64,000 nt of DNA, taken from positions 288,001 to 352,000 of the forward strand of contig CP086569.2 in NCBI GenBank assembly GCA_009914755.4. The letters are read 5' to 3'. Shown in pieces: positions 16,335 through 33,550 of this stretch. Numbering within the stretch: the stretch's first letter is position 1; each line of letters opens with the position of its first letter. The notes under the pieces were generated by a model. It made no database searches, was not told the DNA's origin, and saw only the letters and a program-made list of their open reading frames with translations. The position numbers and the translations under genes were made by a program. The DNA comes from the human T2T-CHM13v2.0 reference genome, Homo sapiens.

Positions 16335-18150
16335 GAGCGTGTCCGCGTGTGTGTGTGCACGTGTGTCCACATGTGTGTGTGGTGTCTGCGTGCCTCTGTG
16401 TGTGTCCGTGTGTGCGCACGCGCCCGTGTGTGTGCATCTGTGTGTGGCGTCAGCATGTGTCTATGTGTGTCCATGTGTGTATGTATGTGTGCATGCATGC
16501 ACCTGTATGTGTGTCTGTGTGCATGCATGTGAGTGTATGTGTGTGTGTCTGAGTGTGAGCGTGCCTATGCACGTGTGTGTGTGCATGTTTCTGTGTGTGC
16601 ATACGCCCATATGTGTGTCTGTGTGCATGCGTGTGAGTGTGTGTGTATGTTAGTGTGAGGGTGGACGTGTGCCTATGCACCTATGTGTGTATGTGTTTCT
16701 GCATGTCTGTGCATGCATGCACCTGTATGCGTGTCTGAGTGCATGCGTGGGAGTGTATGTGCGTGTCTCAGTGTGGGCATGCCTATGCACATATGTGTGC
16801 ACATGTTTCTGTGTGCATATGCTTGCATGTGTGTGTGCATGCATGTGAGTGGATGTGTGTGTGAGTGTGGGCATGCCTATACACGTGTGTGTGTGCATGT
16901 TTCTGTGTGTCTGTATACGCCTGTGTCTTGAGTGTGTGAATGTGCCTATGGACATGTGTGTACATGTTTCTGCATGTCTGTGCATGCATATGCCTGTGTG
17001 TCTGTGTGCATGCGTGTGAGTGTGTGTGTATGTTAGTGTGTGGGTGGACGTGTGCCTATGCACCTATGTGTGTATGTGTTTCTGCATGTCTGTGCATGCA
17101 TGCACCTGTATGCGTGTCTGAGTGCATGCGTGGGAGTATGCGTGTCTCAGTGTGGGCATGCCTATGCACATATGTGTGCACATGTTTCTGTGTGCATATG
17201 CTTGCATGTGTGTGTGCATGCATGTGAGTGGATGTGTGTGTGAGTGTGGGCATGCCTATGCACGTGTGTGTGTGCATGTTTCTGTGTGTCTGTGTATACG
17301 CCTGTGTCTTGAGTGTGTGAATGTGCCTATGGACATGTGTGTACATGTTTCTGCATGTCTGTGCATGCATATGCCTGTGTGTCTCTGTGTGCATGCGTGT
17401 GAGTGTGTGTGTGTGTTAGTGTGAGGGTGGACGTGTGCCTATGCACCTATGTGTGTATGTGTTTCTGCATGTCTGTGCATGCATGCACCTGTATGCGTGT
17501 CTGAGTGCATGCGTGGGAGTGTATGTGCGTGTCTCAGTGTGGACATGCCTATGCACATATGTGTGCACATGTTTCTGTGTGCATATGCTTGCATGTGTGT
17601 GTGCGTGCATGTGAGTGGATGTGTGTGTGTGGGCATGCCTATGCACGTGTGTGTGTGCATGTTTCTGTGTGTCTGTATACGCCTGTGTCTTGAGTGTGTG
17701 AATGTGCCTATGGACATGTGTGTACATGTTTCTGCATGTCTGTGCATGCATATGCCTGTGTGTCTCTGTGTGTATGCGTGTGAGTGGCATTCATGTGTGT
17801 GTATTTGCGTGAGGTGGGCATGCCTATGCACGTATATGTGTACATGTTTCTGTATGTCTGTGCATGCATATGCCTGTATATGTGTCTGTGTGCACATGTG
17901 TTCATATATGTGTGTCTGTGTGAGTGTACATATGCCTATGTACGTACGTGTGTACGTTTCTGTGTATCTGTGTGTCTGTGCGTGCATCTGCCTGTATATG
18001 TGTCTGTGTGTGTGCAAATGTGTCTGTATGTGTGTGTCTGTGTGAATGTGGGTGTGCCTTGTACGTATGTGTGTACATGTTTCTGTGTATCTGTGTACCT
18101 GTGTGTGCATTCGCCTGCATGTCTGTGTGTGTGCATGCATGTCAGTGAAC
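16335..18150. repeat. GT-rich complex minisatellite ((TG)n / GCATG / GTGTGAGTG motifs) with a higher-order period of about 378 bp
   Basis: The block gtgagggtggacgtgtgcctatgcacctatgtgtgtatgtgtttctgcatgtctgtgcatgcatgcacctgtatgcgtgtctgagtgcatgcgtgggagt... recurs at about 16665, about 17045 and about 17420, with degenerate copies on both sides. The track ORFs (C/V/M-rich on plus, H/T-rich on minus) are repeat read-through. Confidence 0.93.
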
Positions 18151-18773
18151 GTTGGCGGTCCCTCCTCAGAGCCCCTCTTGCCTGAAGGAAGTGTCACCCC
18201 CAGCCCCCCTTTGCTTTGTTTTGCGTCTCGGGAGTGACGTCACTGTCGGCTCCGCAGGATCCTCCCATCCTTGTTCGTCCTGGGCTTGCGGGATGAGTCT
18301 GTCAGGAGCAGACACGCCGTGGTGGGCCGTGCACACGTTTGCACCTGCTCTCAGAAGTCCTTTCCCCGAGGAGGAGGCTCTGTTGGAGAGAGAGACCCTT
18401 GGGCACCTGTGGGCCCTCACTGCTCTCTTCTGAGACTGTGGTACCGGCCATCTCCAGCCCTGGCCCTGGCCCGGTGACTTCCCCAGGGCACCCCAGGGAT
18501 GTGCCAAAGGAGGACTCCCCGGGGAGGGTGGGTGAGGTGCGTGCCCGCCGTGCCGAGACGCTCCTGAAGGCAGAGGCTGCTCAGGAAAGTCGGCTGCTTC
18601 CTAATCTCCGTCCGTGCTCACGCAAAGTCCTCGGTCGCCGTCTGCCACACGCTTATTTTATTTGGCAGAAGTTACAGCTCAGGCAATTTCGTTAGGAAAC
18701 CTGTTGGGGTTTCTTGGTTCTATGCAGGATGGCTGGTGCTTTAGGAGGAGGTGGGGATTAGAAAGAGTCTTGA

Positions 18774-19230
<457 letters not shown>

Positions 19231-19337
19231 AAAAGAAAATATGATCCATCTGTAACATTGAATGCTACACAGCCATGAAAAAGAATCAAATCATGTCCTT
19301 TGCAGAAATACGGATGCAGCTGGAGGCGCTTCTTCTT

Positions 19338-19458
19338 CTTCTTCTTTTTTTTTTTTTTAGACGGATTCTCACTCTGTCGCCCAGGCTGGAGTGCAGTGGC
19401 GCGGTCTCGGCTCACTGCAAGCTCCGCCTCCTTGGTTCACGCCATTCTCTTGCCTCAG
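19338..19458 (-). mobile_element. Alu right-arm fragment, minus
   Basis: (ctt)n/poly-T then agacggattctcactctgtcgcccaggctggagtgcagtggcgcggtctcggctcactgcaagctccgcctccttggttcacgccattctcttgcctcag. Confidence 0.88.
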
Positions 19459-19731
19459 TGGAGGCCCACATAAGAGGGAGCTAAAATTGGGTACAAATAG
19501 TCATAGAAATGGGAACAATAGATGCTGGCGTCTGCTAGACGGGGGAGGGAAGGATGGAGGCAAAGGCGGAAAAATCATACGTTGGGTCCCATGCTCAGTA
19601 CTTGGATGGCACAATCCTTCATGCCCCAAACTTCAGCATCACACATTATACTCAAGCAACAAATGTGCACATGAGCCTCCTGAATCCGAAATAAAAGTTG
19701 CCATGATTTAAAAAAGAAATAAAGATGATGA

Positions 19732-20711
<980 letters not shown>

Positions 20712-21310
20712 TAGCAGCCACCCGTCTGGGTCCCCACAGTGTTTGGGGAAAGGGATTTGGGGGTGTGGTACGCCCTGTGTTCCCCGGCGGGCAGCTGGGG
20801 CCGGACTCCCTTCCCGACATCCTGTGTGTTCTCTGCATCTCGAAGTTGTCACGAACTCTCATGGCAACCCCCTTCTCGTGCTATGGGTTCCGTTTAGCCT
20901 CCCTCAGAATTAGCTAAAAACCCACCGGCTTGATTTCTGGCATTTGCAACGGCCGCGCTCAGGAAACCTCCTGCCTCCTGAAAATGCTCATGCTGGCGGA
21001 ACGGGAAGGCAAATAGGAATCCGTGGATGATAAATGGGCGTTTTAAGCAGCAGTTTACTTAATATCCCTATTAAACGAGACTCTTTGCATTAATCACTTC
21101 ATTCTCCAGCAGTCTATAAGGCCCTTTAATTGCTTCTTAAATGAGGACTGAGTTTCCGTCCAAACTCAATCTTGGATGGGGAGAGAGAGATGCTAGCCAG
21201 GGCTCAGCTGCCCGGCTGCCAAGAACTGTCAGAATTGATCACGTATGTGTTCACGTTTCCTACAGTCTCATTGGAGTTCTCTGAGATTGACAGGAGAAAG
21301 TATCACATAC

Positions 21311-21347
21311 TTTGTGTGTGTGTGTGTGTGTGTGTCTGTGTGTGTCA
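21311..21347. repeat. (TG)n microsatellite, about 17 units
   Basis: tgtgtgtgtgtgtgtgtgtgtctgtgtgtgtc. Confidence 0.9.
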
Positions 21348-21472
21348 GAGACAGAGGGACACAGAGGCCGGGAGCAGGGGTGTGTAAGTGTGAGGTTCTG
21401 AACGCAAAGACAGGCCGTTCTGCTCACAATCCACAGGCCAGCGACCTTGTGGACCATTGCATTATGTATTAG

Positions 21473-21988
<516 letters not shown>

Positions 21989-21989
21989 T

Positions 21990-22567
<578 letters not shown>

Positions 22568-22665
22568 TAGTTATTCAAACCTAGGGCTAAAAATGATGTG
22601 GCTGCTGGGGTGACCTTTGGGGTAGGATCGGGAATTGGGGTGTAGCCCTCCTCCAGGCTCCATAG

Positions 22666-23124
<459 letters not shown>

Positions 23125-23462
23125 TAGGCCATCAGAAAGCAAATGGGGAGAGGCTCGTGGGAATAGCGTGGGCCTCATGTAGTGTTTTGCTTTATGTGAA
23201 ATGGGGCAGCAAAAAACAGCTGTTCCCTCCACCCCCCAGGCTGGAAAATTTATCTCCAGTATTCATTCTGGTAAATGAATGCCTGTGTGTTAGTAAGAGG
23301 GGAAGGAGCTGCTAGTCCTTGAGGTCAGCTGAAACCTCCTTCAGAGCCTCCAGCCTGGCCTTGAGACCGGCTCACCACATGTGAGCAGCCAGGAGCCCCG
23401 CCAAGACCTGCTGTTGCCCCTCCTTCCTGCCCTGCCCCAGTGCCGGGGTCCTGTGGATGTAG

Positions 23463-23762
<300 letters not shown>

Positions 23763-23882
23763 TGTTGATTCTTATCTGGCTTTCATGGGACCACAGGGGC
23801 TCCTGAAAGTGTGAAACAGAGAATTTCCATAGAACCCAGTAATACCCCAGCTAAGTATGTACCTAAAAGAATAGAAAGGAGG

Positions 23883-24205
<323 letters not shown>

Positions 24206-24224
24206 TCACGTTTGTAGGAGCACA

Positions 24225-24400
24225 CACATGGAAACCATCCAGGTGTCCCTCAGTGGATGAATCGATAAACAAACAGTGGTTCACTCACTTTGTGCCCACC
24301 CAGTGGAGTACTATACAGCCATGAAAAAGAATGAGGCTGTGACCTAGGCTGCAACGTGGATACACCCTGAAGAAGTCACACTCAGCGATATTTCCTTTGG
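24225..24400 (+). mobile_element. Probable ancient LINE-1 (L1M/L1P-type) 3'-end fragment
   Basis: gtgtccctcagtggatgaatcgataaacaaacagtggttcactc...ggagtactatacagccatgaaaaagaatgag follows the pattern of old L1 3' ends (caaatgtccatcaacagatgaatggataaa...ggaatactactcagccataaaaaagaatgaa). This is an assignment from memory, not a search. Confidence 0.55.
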
Positions 24401-24965
24401 CTTATTGTACAATCCCCTTACGTCAACTGTCCGGAAGCGGCCAATGCACAGAGAGAGAGCTCAGATGAGTGGTTGCCACAGGCTGTGGGGAGGGAATGAG
24501 GAGGAACTGCTTCCTGGGGAGGGGGTCTCCTTTTATGGGGAGAAGGATGTTCTGGAAGTAGACAGAGGGGGTGGTTACACGGCGCAGTGATGTTCTCAAT
24601 GCCACTGAGATTTTCACGGCGGTTAAAGTGGTGAGTTTTATGTTGTGAAATTTATGGTGAATTTCATATAATACGTTTTATGTCATTGCAGTGAAAAACA
24701 ACACAATCCCGGCCCTCCTACGGCCCCCGCCTTCCCTCTGTGTCTGCGGTCTGTACCCTACGAACGCCTAGGACGCTAGACGGGATCCCTCCCCACGGAG
24801 CTATATAGGAAGGTGAACCCAGTCTGGGGTTCCTGAGCTGCTACGGCTCACTGCTTCCTTTCGGAAATTGGTGTATTGTCTTTGGAAAATGACTTCACAC
24901 AAACCTGCTCACAGATATACCCGGTCCCAGATATGCCTAAGTGAGCGGAGACTACCGTGTCCTGA

Positions 24966-25640
<675 letters not shown>

Positions 25641-25689
25641 CCTCTTTTTTTGTTTTTGAGACAAGGTCTGAAATAACAACTATCTGTAA

Positions 25690-25860
25690 AAAAAAAATAT
25701 ATATATATATATATGGTTTTAATGTTATATATATAAGGTTTTAATGTTATATATAAATGTTTTATATTTATATATGACATATATAACATTTTAATGCTAT
25801 ATACATATAATGTTTTAATGTTATATATACATACAAATATATAAATATATATATTTTTAA
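25690..25860. repeat. (TA)n-rich low-complexity minisatellite (tatatat / ggttttaatgttatatata motifs)
   Basis: atatatatatatatatggttttaatgttatatatataaggttttaatgttatatataaatgttttatatttatatatgacatatataacattttaatgctatatacatataatgttttaatgttatatatacatacaaatatataaatatatatat. Confidence 0.9.
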
Positions 25861-26010
25861 ACAGGGTCTTGCTCTGTCACCTGGGCTGGAGTACCCTGGT
25901 GTGATCACAGCTCACGGTTGCTTCGACCTCCTGGTCTCCAGCGATCCTCCTGTCTCAGCCTCCCCAAAATGCTGGGATTACAGGTGTGAGCCGCCGCTCC
26001 TGGCCAGCAC
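25860..26010 (-). mobile_element. Diverged Alu fragment, minus
   Basis: acagggtcttgctctgtcacctgggctggagtaccctggtgtgatcacagctcacggttgcttcgacctcctggtctccagcgatcctcctgtctcagcctccccaaaatgctgggattacaggtgtgagccgccgctcctggcc. Confidence 0.85.
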
Positions 26011-27379
26011 CTTCTCTTATGCGGTACCTGGAAAGTCCCACATCATGCGAACGTCTCCACCAGGTACCCGGGAGGTGGCATTCGGGGAATGAGGGGGACC
26101 AGGGCTCAGAGCATCCCCAAAGTGGCTTCCTTGCCTCATAGGGTCACCCCCTTAGCCCAGAGCTGGAGGTGAGTGGGGGCGTGAAAGAGGCATCTTCCCT
26201 TCCAGAGGGCGGCAGTGGGGTTGAATGGATAACTTTAATCCTGACACACGTATTTCAGAAGACCTACCGCCAACTTTCCAGCTATGGGCAGCAGGTGTGA
26301 TGAACACACGGGCCCCGGTGAGGGCTGAATGGGCCCAGATGGCAGGGGCAGAGAGGTTTGCATTCATTTTAATGTTCTCAGAAACTAGGATAAGCACTGG
26401 CAGCGGATGGAATGAGGAGAGCTGCATATTCGGTGAACTGTGTTGAAAGCACAGGGTTTTCACGGAAAATAAATAATGTCCAATGCAGCTAAAATACCGT
26501 GCGCCACCCGTAAGCCGGCGTTTATCCAGAGCTCCGAGTGTCTGTGAGATTTTAAGGAAAAGAAAGGAAGCTGGAAAAAAAAATAATAATCCAAATGAAT
26601 CACAGACCAACGATCCCTAAAAGGTTTGCTTTAATAATTTTTTTTTTTTTTTTTTTGTGGCTGTGGAAGATGACTCGGATTCAAAATAATGAGGATGTTT
26701 ATGTCTGCAGTCTGTTCCTCTCTTGAAGATTCAATTCTAAATAATGCAGGTCTCCTAAATGCTAGCAAATAGTGTCATACACTCCTTTTCACAAAATAGC
26801 TTTGACTTTGGGGAAGGCAACTATCATTAACTGGGCACCGGCACCTTTAAGCAAAGGTTTCCTGGAATAACAGTCAGCTAAGGAAATATAATGAGAGCTA
26901 TTTCTTGCCCTTCCTGCTCGAAACCGTTGGCTGGAACTCAGCCTGCCCCTCAGCTGAAGCACGTCTGGTTTAAATTCATACGGCATAGATTTACAATTTT
27001 TAAACGACTGGATATGTATTTTTTTTTTTCTACGCTGTTTGCAGACCTGGTGGACACCTGTTGTTTCTGGTTAGGAAAGGAGGAGATAATTGGATACCAG
27101 AGAGAGCCTGACTTCTTGAGCCACCATTTAACCGGCTGATTTCAGCAATAAATTGGAGGGGGGCGGGGATGGGGAAAAAATAACACCCAAGAAACATTCA
27201 GACAGATTTGCAACCACAAAGTCTGTCTCCTTTATTATTTTAATTTTATTATTATTATTACTTTTGCTTTGTTTAACATAAAAACGATCTAGGCGAGTCC
27301 TTCTGGGCTGATGTGTATGTGCTTTTTCCTGCCTGGCTATACTGTAGCTTTATCTAAGGCAAATCGGAGTACGTGTAAA

Positions 27380-28020
27380 TAAATTAGTTCAACCATTGTG
27401 GAAGACAGCGTGGCGATTCCTCAAGGATGTAGAACTAGAAATACCGTTTGACCCAGCCATCCCGTTACTGGGTATATACCCAAAGGATTATAAATCACTC
27501 TACCATAAAGACACATGCACACGTATGTTTATTGAGGCACTGTTCACAACAGCAAAGACTTGGAACCAACCCAAATGCCCATCAATGATAGACTGGATAC
27601 AGAGAATGTGGCACACAGACACCATGGAATACTATGCAGCCACGAAAAAGGATGGGTTCATGTCCTTTGCAGGGACATGGATGAAGCTGGAAACCATCAT
27701 TCTCAGCAAACTCGCACAGGAACAGAAAACCACACACCGCATGTTCTCACTCCTAAGTGGGAGCTGAACGATGAGAACACAGGGACGCAGGGAGGGGAAC
27801 ATCACACACCGGGGCCTGTCAGTGGGTTGCGGGCCAAGGAGTGGGATTGCATTAGGATGCTATCCTAATGCTAACAAATATCTAATCCATCCAGGGCTTA
27901 ACACCTAGATGACGGGTTAATGGGTGCAGCAAACCACCATGAAACATGCACACCTGCGTAACAAGCCTGCACATTCTGCACGTGTATCCCAGAACTTTAA
28001 GATAAAATGTAAAAAAAAAA
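27380..28020 (+). mobile_element. LINE-1 3'-end fragment (ORF2 C-terminal region through the 3'UTR and poly-A), plus
   Basis: The ORF at 27396-27767 translates to ...CWRGCGE-like MWKTAWRFLKDVELEIPFDPAIPLLGIYPKDYKSLYHKDTCTRMFIEALFTTAKTWNQPKCPSMIDWIQRMWHTDTMEYYAATKKDGFMSFAGTWMKLETIILSKLAQEQKTTHRMFSLLSGS, which is the canonical L1 ORF2p C-terminus. It continues into the 3'UTR (...cctaatgctaacaaatatctaatccat...taaaatgtaaaaaaaaaaag). Confidence 0.92.
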
Positions 28021-28316
28021 AGTAAATTGTCTTAAACACACTTTTCCCTGTAGCGTATTAAAATGCGTCGGTTACTGCTTATTAAAAATGTAGGATTTTG
28101 AGGATCATTTTTTTTCCTCAAGCACAGAGAGGGCGTTGCTATATTTTCTGATCCAAACTGGGGTATTTTTGAAGGCGAGGAGGAATATCTCACTACCCAG
28201 GTACCCAGGAGCAAAGTGGCCGGGGCTCTGAGACGGCTTGGAGACCCGTTCCACAGACCTTCGTTTTGGGAGTGGCCGGTTTCCCACACTGTTGGGGTCG
28301 ATGGACAAATGCCTCA

Positions 28317-28905
<589 letters not shown>

Positions 28906-29511
28906 ACATTATAATAAATAAAGCAAAGATGATGACTCTGAACAGGGTTTTTGAGTTCTCAGAGATTCGGGGTTCTCCCAGCTGGACTGCACCCCAGTGA
29001 CCATTTTTAAGGCCCTGCCACGTGGACGAGGATCTGTATTCGGTTCTGCGTCTCATCCTGGACGGAGCTGTCAACATGCCAACATCCGTTTCACATTTCA
29101 GCCTTAACGACGCCTTTAAAACATGCACAAGTCGTTTTGTGCAAAAATAAAATAAGTACTCGAAAATGCATTCAATTATCCTTTTGTAAAATGAAATCGT
29201 GCCGGGGTTTTGACAGGTAAATAGATGGGTCTTATTACGCCGGGGATTACGGGTGGAGGTTATTTAGTATTCGTATTTTATGGTGGTGTTGGAGTCTGCA
29301 GAGGACTGGACGTCCTGTTGCTTCATTTCCAGCATCGATTCTTAGATAAGGGACCTCCTCTGAATAATTAATATACTCCTGGTGATAGATGATCCGCACG
29401 GTCTGGATATTAGGTTATCAATCACGACCCACTTGTTTTAACGTAATCCTATTGAACACGTGTCAGGAGCTGTTTACCCAGAGGTGACAGCTACACAGCA
29501 CCCCCATTTCC

Positions 29512-29639
29512 AGCCAGAAAATCGTACCATTTCCTTTCCTTCGACTGCCGCTTCCCGACCCCTTTCCCCGTTTCCGGCCAGAAAATCGTACCATTTCCTT
29601 TCCTTAACCTGCCGCTTCCTGACACTTTCCCCCCAGTGT

Positions 29640-29640
<1 letters not shown>
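29512..29640. repeat. Tandem duplication, about 64 bp x2
   Basis: ccagaaaatcgtaccatttcctttccttcgactgccgcttcccgacccctttccccgtttccgg followed by ccagaaaatcgtaccatttcctttccttaacctgccgcttcctgacactttcccc. Confidence 0.9.
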
Positions 29641-30650
<1,010 letters not shown>

Positions 30651-30867
30651 CCACAGTGTTTATCTTTCTGTGTCTGGCTTCGTCACTGCTCCAAGACTCA
30701 CGTTTGTTGTAGCAAGCGCCAAATTTTCTTCCTTTTGGCTGGCTTATGAGGATTTTAGGAGGGACTTCAGTCTCCCAGTTTGTTATTTATTTTCTACGTG
30801 CTTTCTACGTCACGCGTTTCCTGTGTTTCTGTCCTCTTGTGTGTTTCATTGATTTATTTTTATTTTT

Positions 30868-31010
30868 GTAGACACGAAGTCTTGCTCTGTCACCCAGTGA
30901 GACTCCAACTCCTGGGCTCAAGCAATCCTCCTGCCTCAGCCTCCCGAGTAGCTGGGAGCACAGGCATGCACCACCACGCCTGGCTAATTTTTTTTTTTTT
31001 TTTTTTTTTG
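30868..31010 (-). mobile_element. Alu right-arm fragment, minus
   Basis: gtagacacgaagtcttgctctgtcacccagtgagactccaactcctgggctcaagcaatcctcctgcctcagcctcccgagtagctgggagcacaggcatgcaccaccacgcctggctaattttttttttttt. Confidence 0.85.
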
Positions 31011-31089
31011 GTAGGGACAGGCTCCTGGGGAAGAGGGGGAAGGAAAGGAGTGGTCTTGGGCCCTGTATTGTAGGAGTTTCTGGGCTTCT

Positions 31090-32420
31090 AACAACAGCAA
31101 CTTGTTTTCTCCCAGTCCCGGTGTCCAGGAGTCTGAGATCAAGGTGTAGGCAGGACCACAGTCCCTCCAGAGGTTCTAGGGGAGGGTCCTTCCTGCCTCT
31201 CCCAGCTCCCGGGGGCTCCAGGCTTCCTGGGCTTGTGGCCGCGTCACTCCAGTCTCTGCCTCCGTTCTCCACGTGGCCTTCTTCTCTGTGTCTGTGTCTT
31301 CTCTTCTGTCTCTTACAAGGACACCTGCCATTGCATTTAGGGCCCAGCCTACTCCAGGATGACCTCATCTCAAACTTCTTGAGTTAACTGTGTCTGCAAA
31401 GACCCTATTTTCAAATAAGTTCTCATTCACAGATACTGGGAGCTTAAAACAACAGAAATTTATCCTCTCCCAGTCCTGCAGACCAGGAGTCTGAGATGAA
31501 GCGGTCTCAGGGCTGAGCTCCCTCCAGAGGCCCTAGGGGAGGGTCCTTCCTGCCTCTCCCAGCTCCTGGGGGCTCCAGGCTTCCTGGGCTTGTGGCCGCA
31601 TCACTCCAGTCTCTGCCTCTGTTCTCCACGTGGCCTTCTCCTCTGTGTCTGTGTCTCCTCTTCTGTCTCTTAGAAGGACACCTGTCAATGGATTTAGGAC
31701 TCACCTAATCCAGGATCATCTCATTTCGAAATCCTTGACTTAGTTACATCTGTAAAGACCTCATATCCGAATAAGATTCCATTCATGGGTTGAGGGAGTT
31801 AGGATGTAGACATAGCTTTTCGGGGAGACTATGGTTCAACCCATTCCGATTGTATCCAGTTCCTTCTGGAGGTTCTAGGGGAGGGTCCTTCCTGCCTCTC
31901 CCAGCTCCTGGGGGCTCCAGGCATCCCTGGGCTTGTGGCCGCCTCACTCCAGTCTCTGCCTCCGTCTCCACGTGGACTTCTCCTCTGTGTCTGTGTCTCC
32001 TCTTCTGTCTCTTAGAAAGTCACCTGTCATTGCATTTAGGGTCCACCCTCATTCATGATCATCTCATCTCAAGATCCTTCACTTAATCACATTTGCAGAG
32101 ACCCTATTTCCAAACGATATCTCATTCTAGGTTCTGGGCTTTAGGATGTGGACAGATCTTTCTGGGGGCCACTGTTCAATCCATTACAATTGTATCCACT
32201 TCCTTGTAGAGGTTCTAGGGCAGGATCCTTCCTGCCTCTCCCAGCTCCTGGGGGCTCCAGGTGTCCCTGGGCTTGTGGCCGCATCACTCCAGTCTCTGCC
32301 TCCGTCTCCACGTGGACTTCTCCTCTGTGTCTGTGTGTCCTCTTCTGTCTCTTACAAGGACACCTGTCATTGCATTTAGAGCTCACCTAATCCAGGATGA
32401 TCTCACCTCAAGATCCTCAA
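31090..32420. repeat. Tandem array of units of about 350 bp, about 3.7 copies. Each unit resembles a mammalian interspersed LTR-type repeat (MLT1/MaLR-like by recollection)
   Basis: The conserved core cc(a/t)(c/g)aggttctagggg(a/c)gggtccttcctgcctctcccagctcc(c/t)gggggctccagg...cttgtggccgc(g/a)tcactccagtctctgcctccgt(tc)tccacgtgg(c/a)cttct(t/c)ctctgtgtctgtgtctcctcttctgtctcttacaaggacacctgtcattgcatttaggg recurs at about 31170, 31520, 31875 and 32215. Units 1-2 carry the head aaaacaacagaaatttatcctctcccagtcctgcagaccaggagtctgagat; units 3-4 carry ggagttaggatgtagacatagcttttcggggagactatggttcaacccattccgattgtatcc. Both heads are parts of the same family consensus as I recall it. Confidence 0.8.
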
Positions 32421-32699
32421 CTTAATTACATCTGCATGTGTGAGTGGCTTCCCGGAGACACCCCTTTTCTCTCCCATTCCTTTTTCTTTTTCCCTACCAT
32501 GGAGGACGAGGACACGCACGCACGGGAACTCAAGTTTCACCCCGTGAGTATTTTAGGCGTGGGGCACTTTCAGCCCAGGTGTATGAAAATGGTCTCATTA
32601 AGGGGACTGCTCGGATGACACATCCAGTGAGGGTGGCATTGCCTGTGTGGCAGTTCAAAGAATCGGAGACAAGCTCTAGAGAGAGCGAGGACACACACA

Positions 32700-32760
32700 G
32701 GTGCACGCATCACACACACACACGTGCACACGCGGGCACGCACACACAGGTGCACACGGC
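32700..32760. repeat. Short CA-rich low-complexity tract
   Basis: cacacacacacgtgcacacgcgggcacgcacacacaggtgcacacgg. Confidence 0.8.
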
Positions 32761-33136
32761 CATCACCCCGGCCGCGTGAGAGTGTTGCTTATATCGAAAC
32801 CGTCTTCAGCCCAGAAGGTCACTCGTGGCAATAATGGTCTCGTTAGACACGCCATCCATCATTCAAATAATCGCAATTTAGAGCCCGCGTTTCATGCCGG
32901 GCTGGTTTAATCACCAGCAGCAGTTTGTGAAGGGCCTCATTCGCCTGGGATTCGGGGATATTGCGTGATTTAGCAGACGTGACCCCTGACCTCTGCGGGG
33001 GGCGGAGAGCCTGCCTTGGAGGCAAAAGCGGAACAGCGAGGGTGACTCACTCAGGGACAATTATTATGCTTAACAGCCTCACTGTCATCTTAGAAGGAAA
33101 AAGAGCCAAAAAAAAAAAAAAAATCCATAGGATGCT

Positions 33137-33265
33137 GAGCATTCCTTCCAGATCCTTCAGCATTCCTTCCAGATCCTTCAGCATTCCTTCCAGATCCTTC
33201 AGCATTCCTTCCAGATCCTTCAGCATTCCTTCCAGATCCTTCAGCATTCCTTCCAGATCCCAGTT
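33137..33265. repeat. 21-bp minisatellite, about 6 copies (cattccttccagatccttcag)
   Basis: Perfect tandem copies read in the sequence. The track ORFs show (SIPSRSF)n on plus and (LEGMLKD)n on minus. Confidence 0.96.
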
Positions 33266-33409
33266 TAGAAGAAGGCAGTGGGGTCGGTTTAAATGCACCC
33301 AGCGTGCTCCCGAAGATAATGTTTTTGTTTCTGTAGACGCGGTGGCAGCTTTCTGGCGATTTCTAGGCAATGTACAGGAGGAAAGAAAGAAGGAAGGGGA
33401 GGGCACGGA

Positions 33410-33550
33410 GAAGCTCCGGAAGGCTGGATGCTTGGGGAAGGAGGTCAGGAGGCAGGACCGGCCGGCCGCCCTCCAGACGTCCAGATGTCCAGACGTCCAG
33501 CCAGCCGGACACCGGTCTGCACCTGTCACAGGTGAGCAGCATTTGTTAGC
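33410..33550 (+). repeat. Left arm of a long inverted repeat (partner at 34166-34262). It contains an extra insert of about 38 bp, ccgccctccagacgtccagatgtccagacgtccagcc
   Basis: gaagctccggaaggctggatgcttggggaaggaggtcaggaggcaggaccggcc...ggacaccggtctgcacctgtcacaggtgagcagcatttg is the reverse complement of 34166-34262 (caaacgctgctcacccgtgacaggtgcagacccggtctccggctggtcctgcctcctggcctccttcccgaagcatccagccttccggagcac), with about 90% identity outside the insert. Confidence 0.85.

Noticed and set aside
16255-18197. ORFs up to 252 aa rich in Cys/Val/Met (plus) or His/Thr (minus), which could be mistaken for metal-binding or metallothionein-like proteins
   Set aside because: They are a read-through of the GT/CA-rich higher-order repeat. 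The apparent Cys or His richness is simply TGT/TGC versus CAC/CAT codons from (TG)n·(CA)n.
32444-32779. 111-aa ORF starting atggaggacgaggacacgcacgcacgg, in unique sequence just after the LTR-like array
   Set aside because: The product is low-complexity (runs of H/T/R from a CA-rich tract at 32700-32760). The region has no splice-site or Kozak support that I can argue for, and nothing about the peptide is recognisable, so the evidence is insufficient to call an exon.
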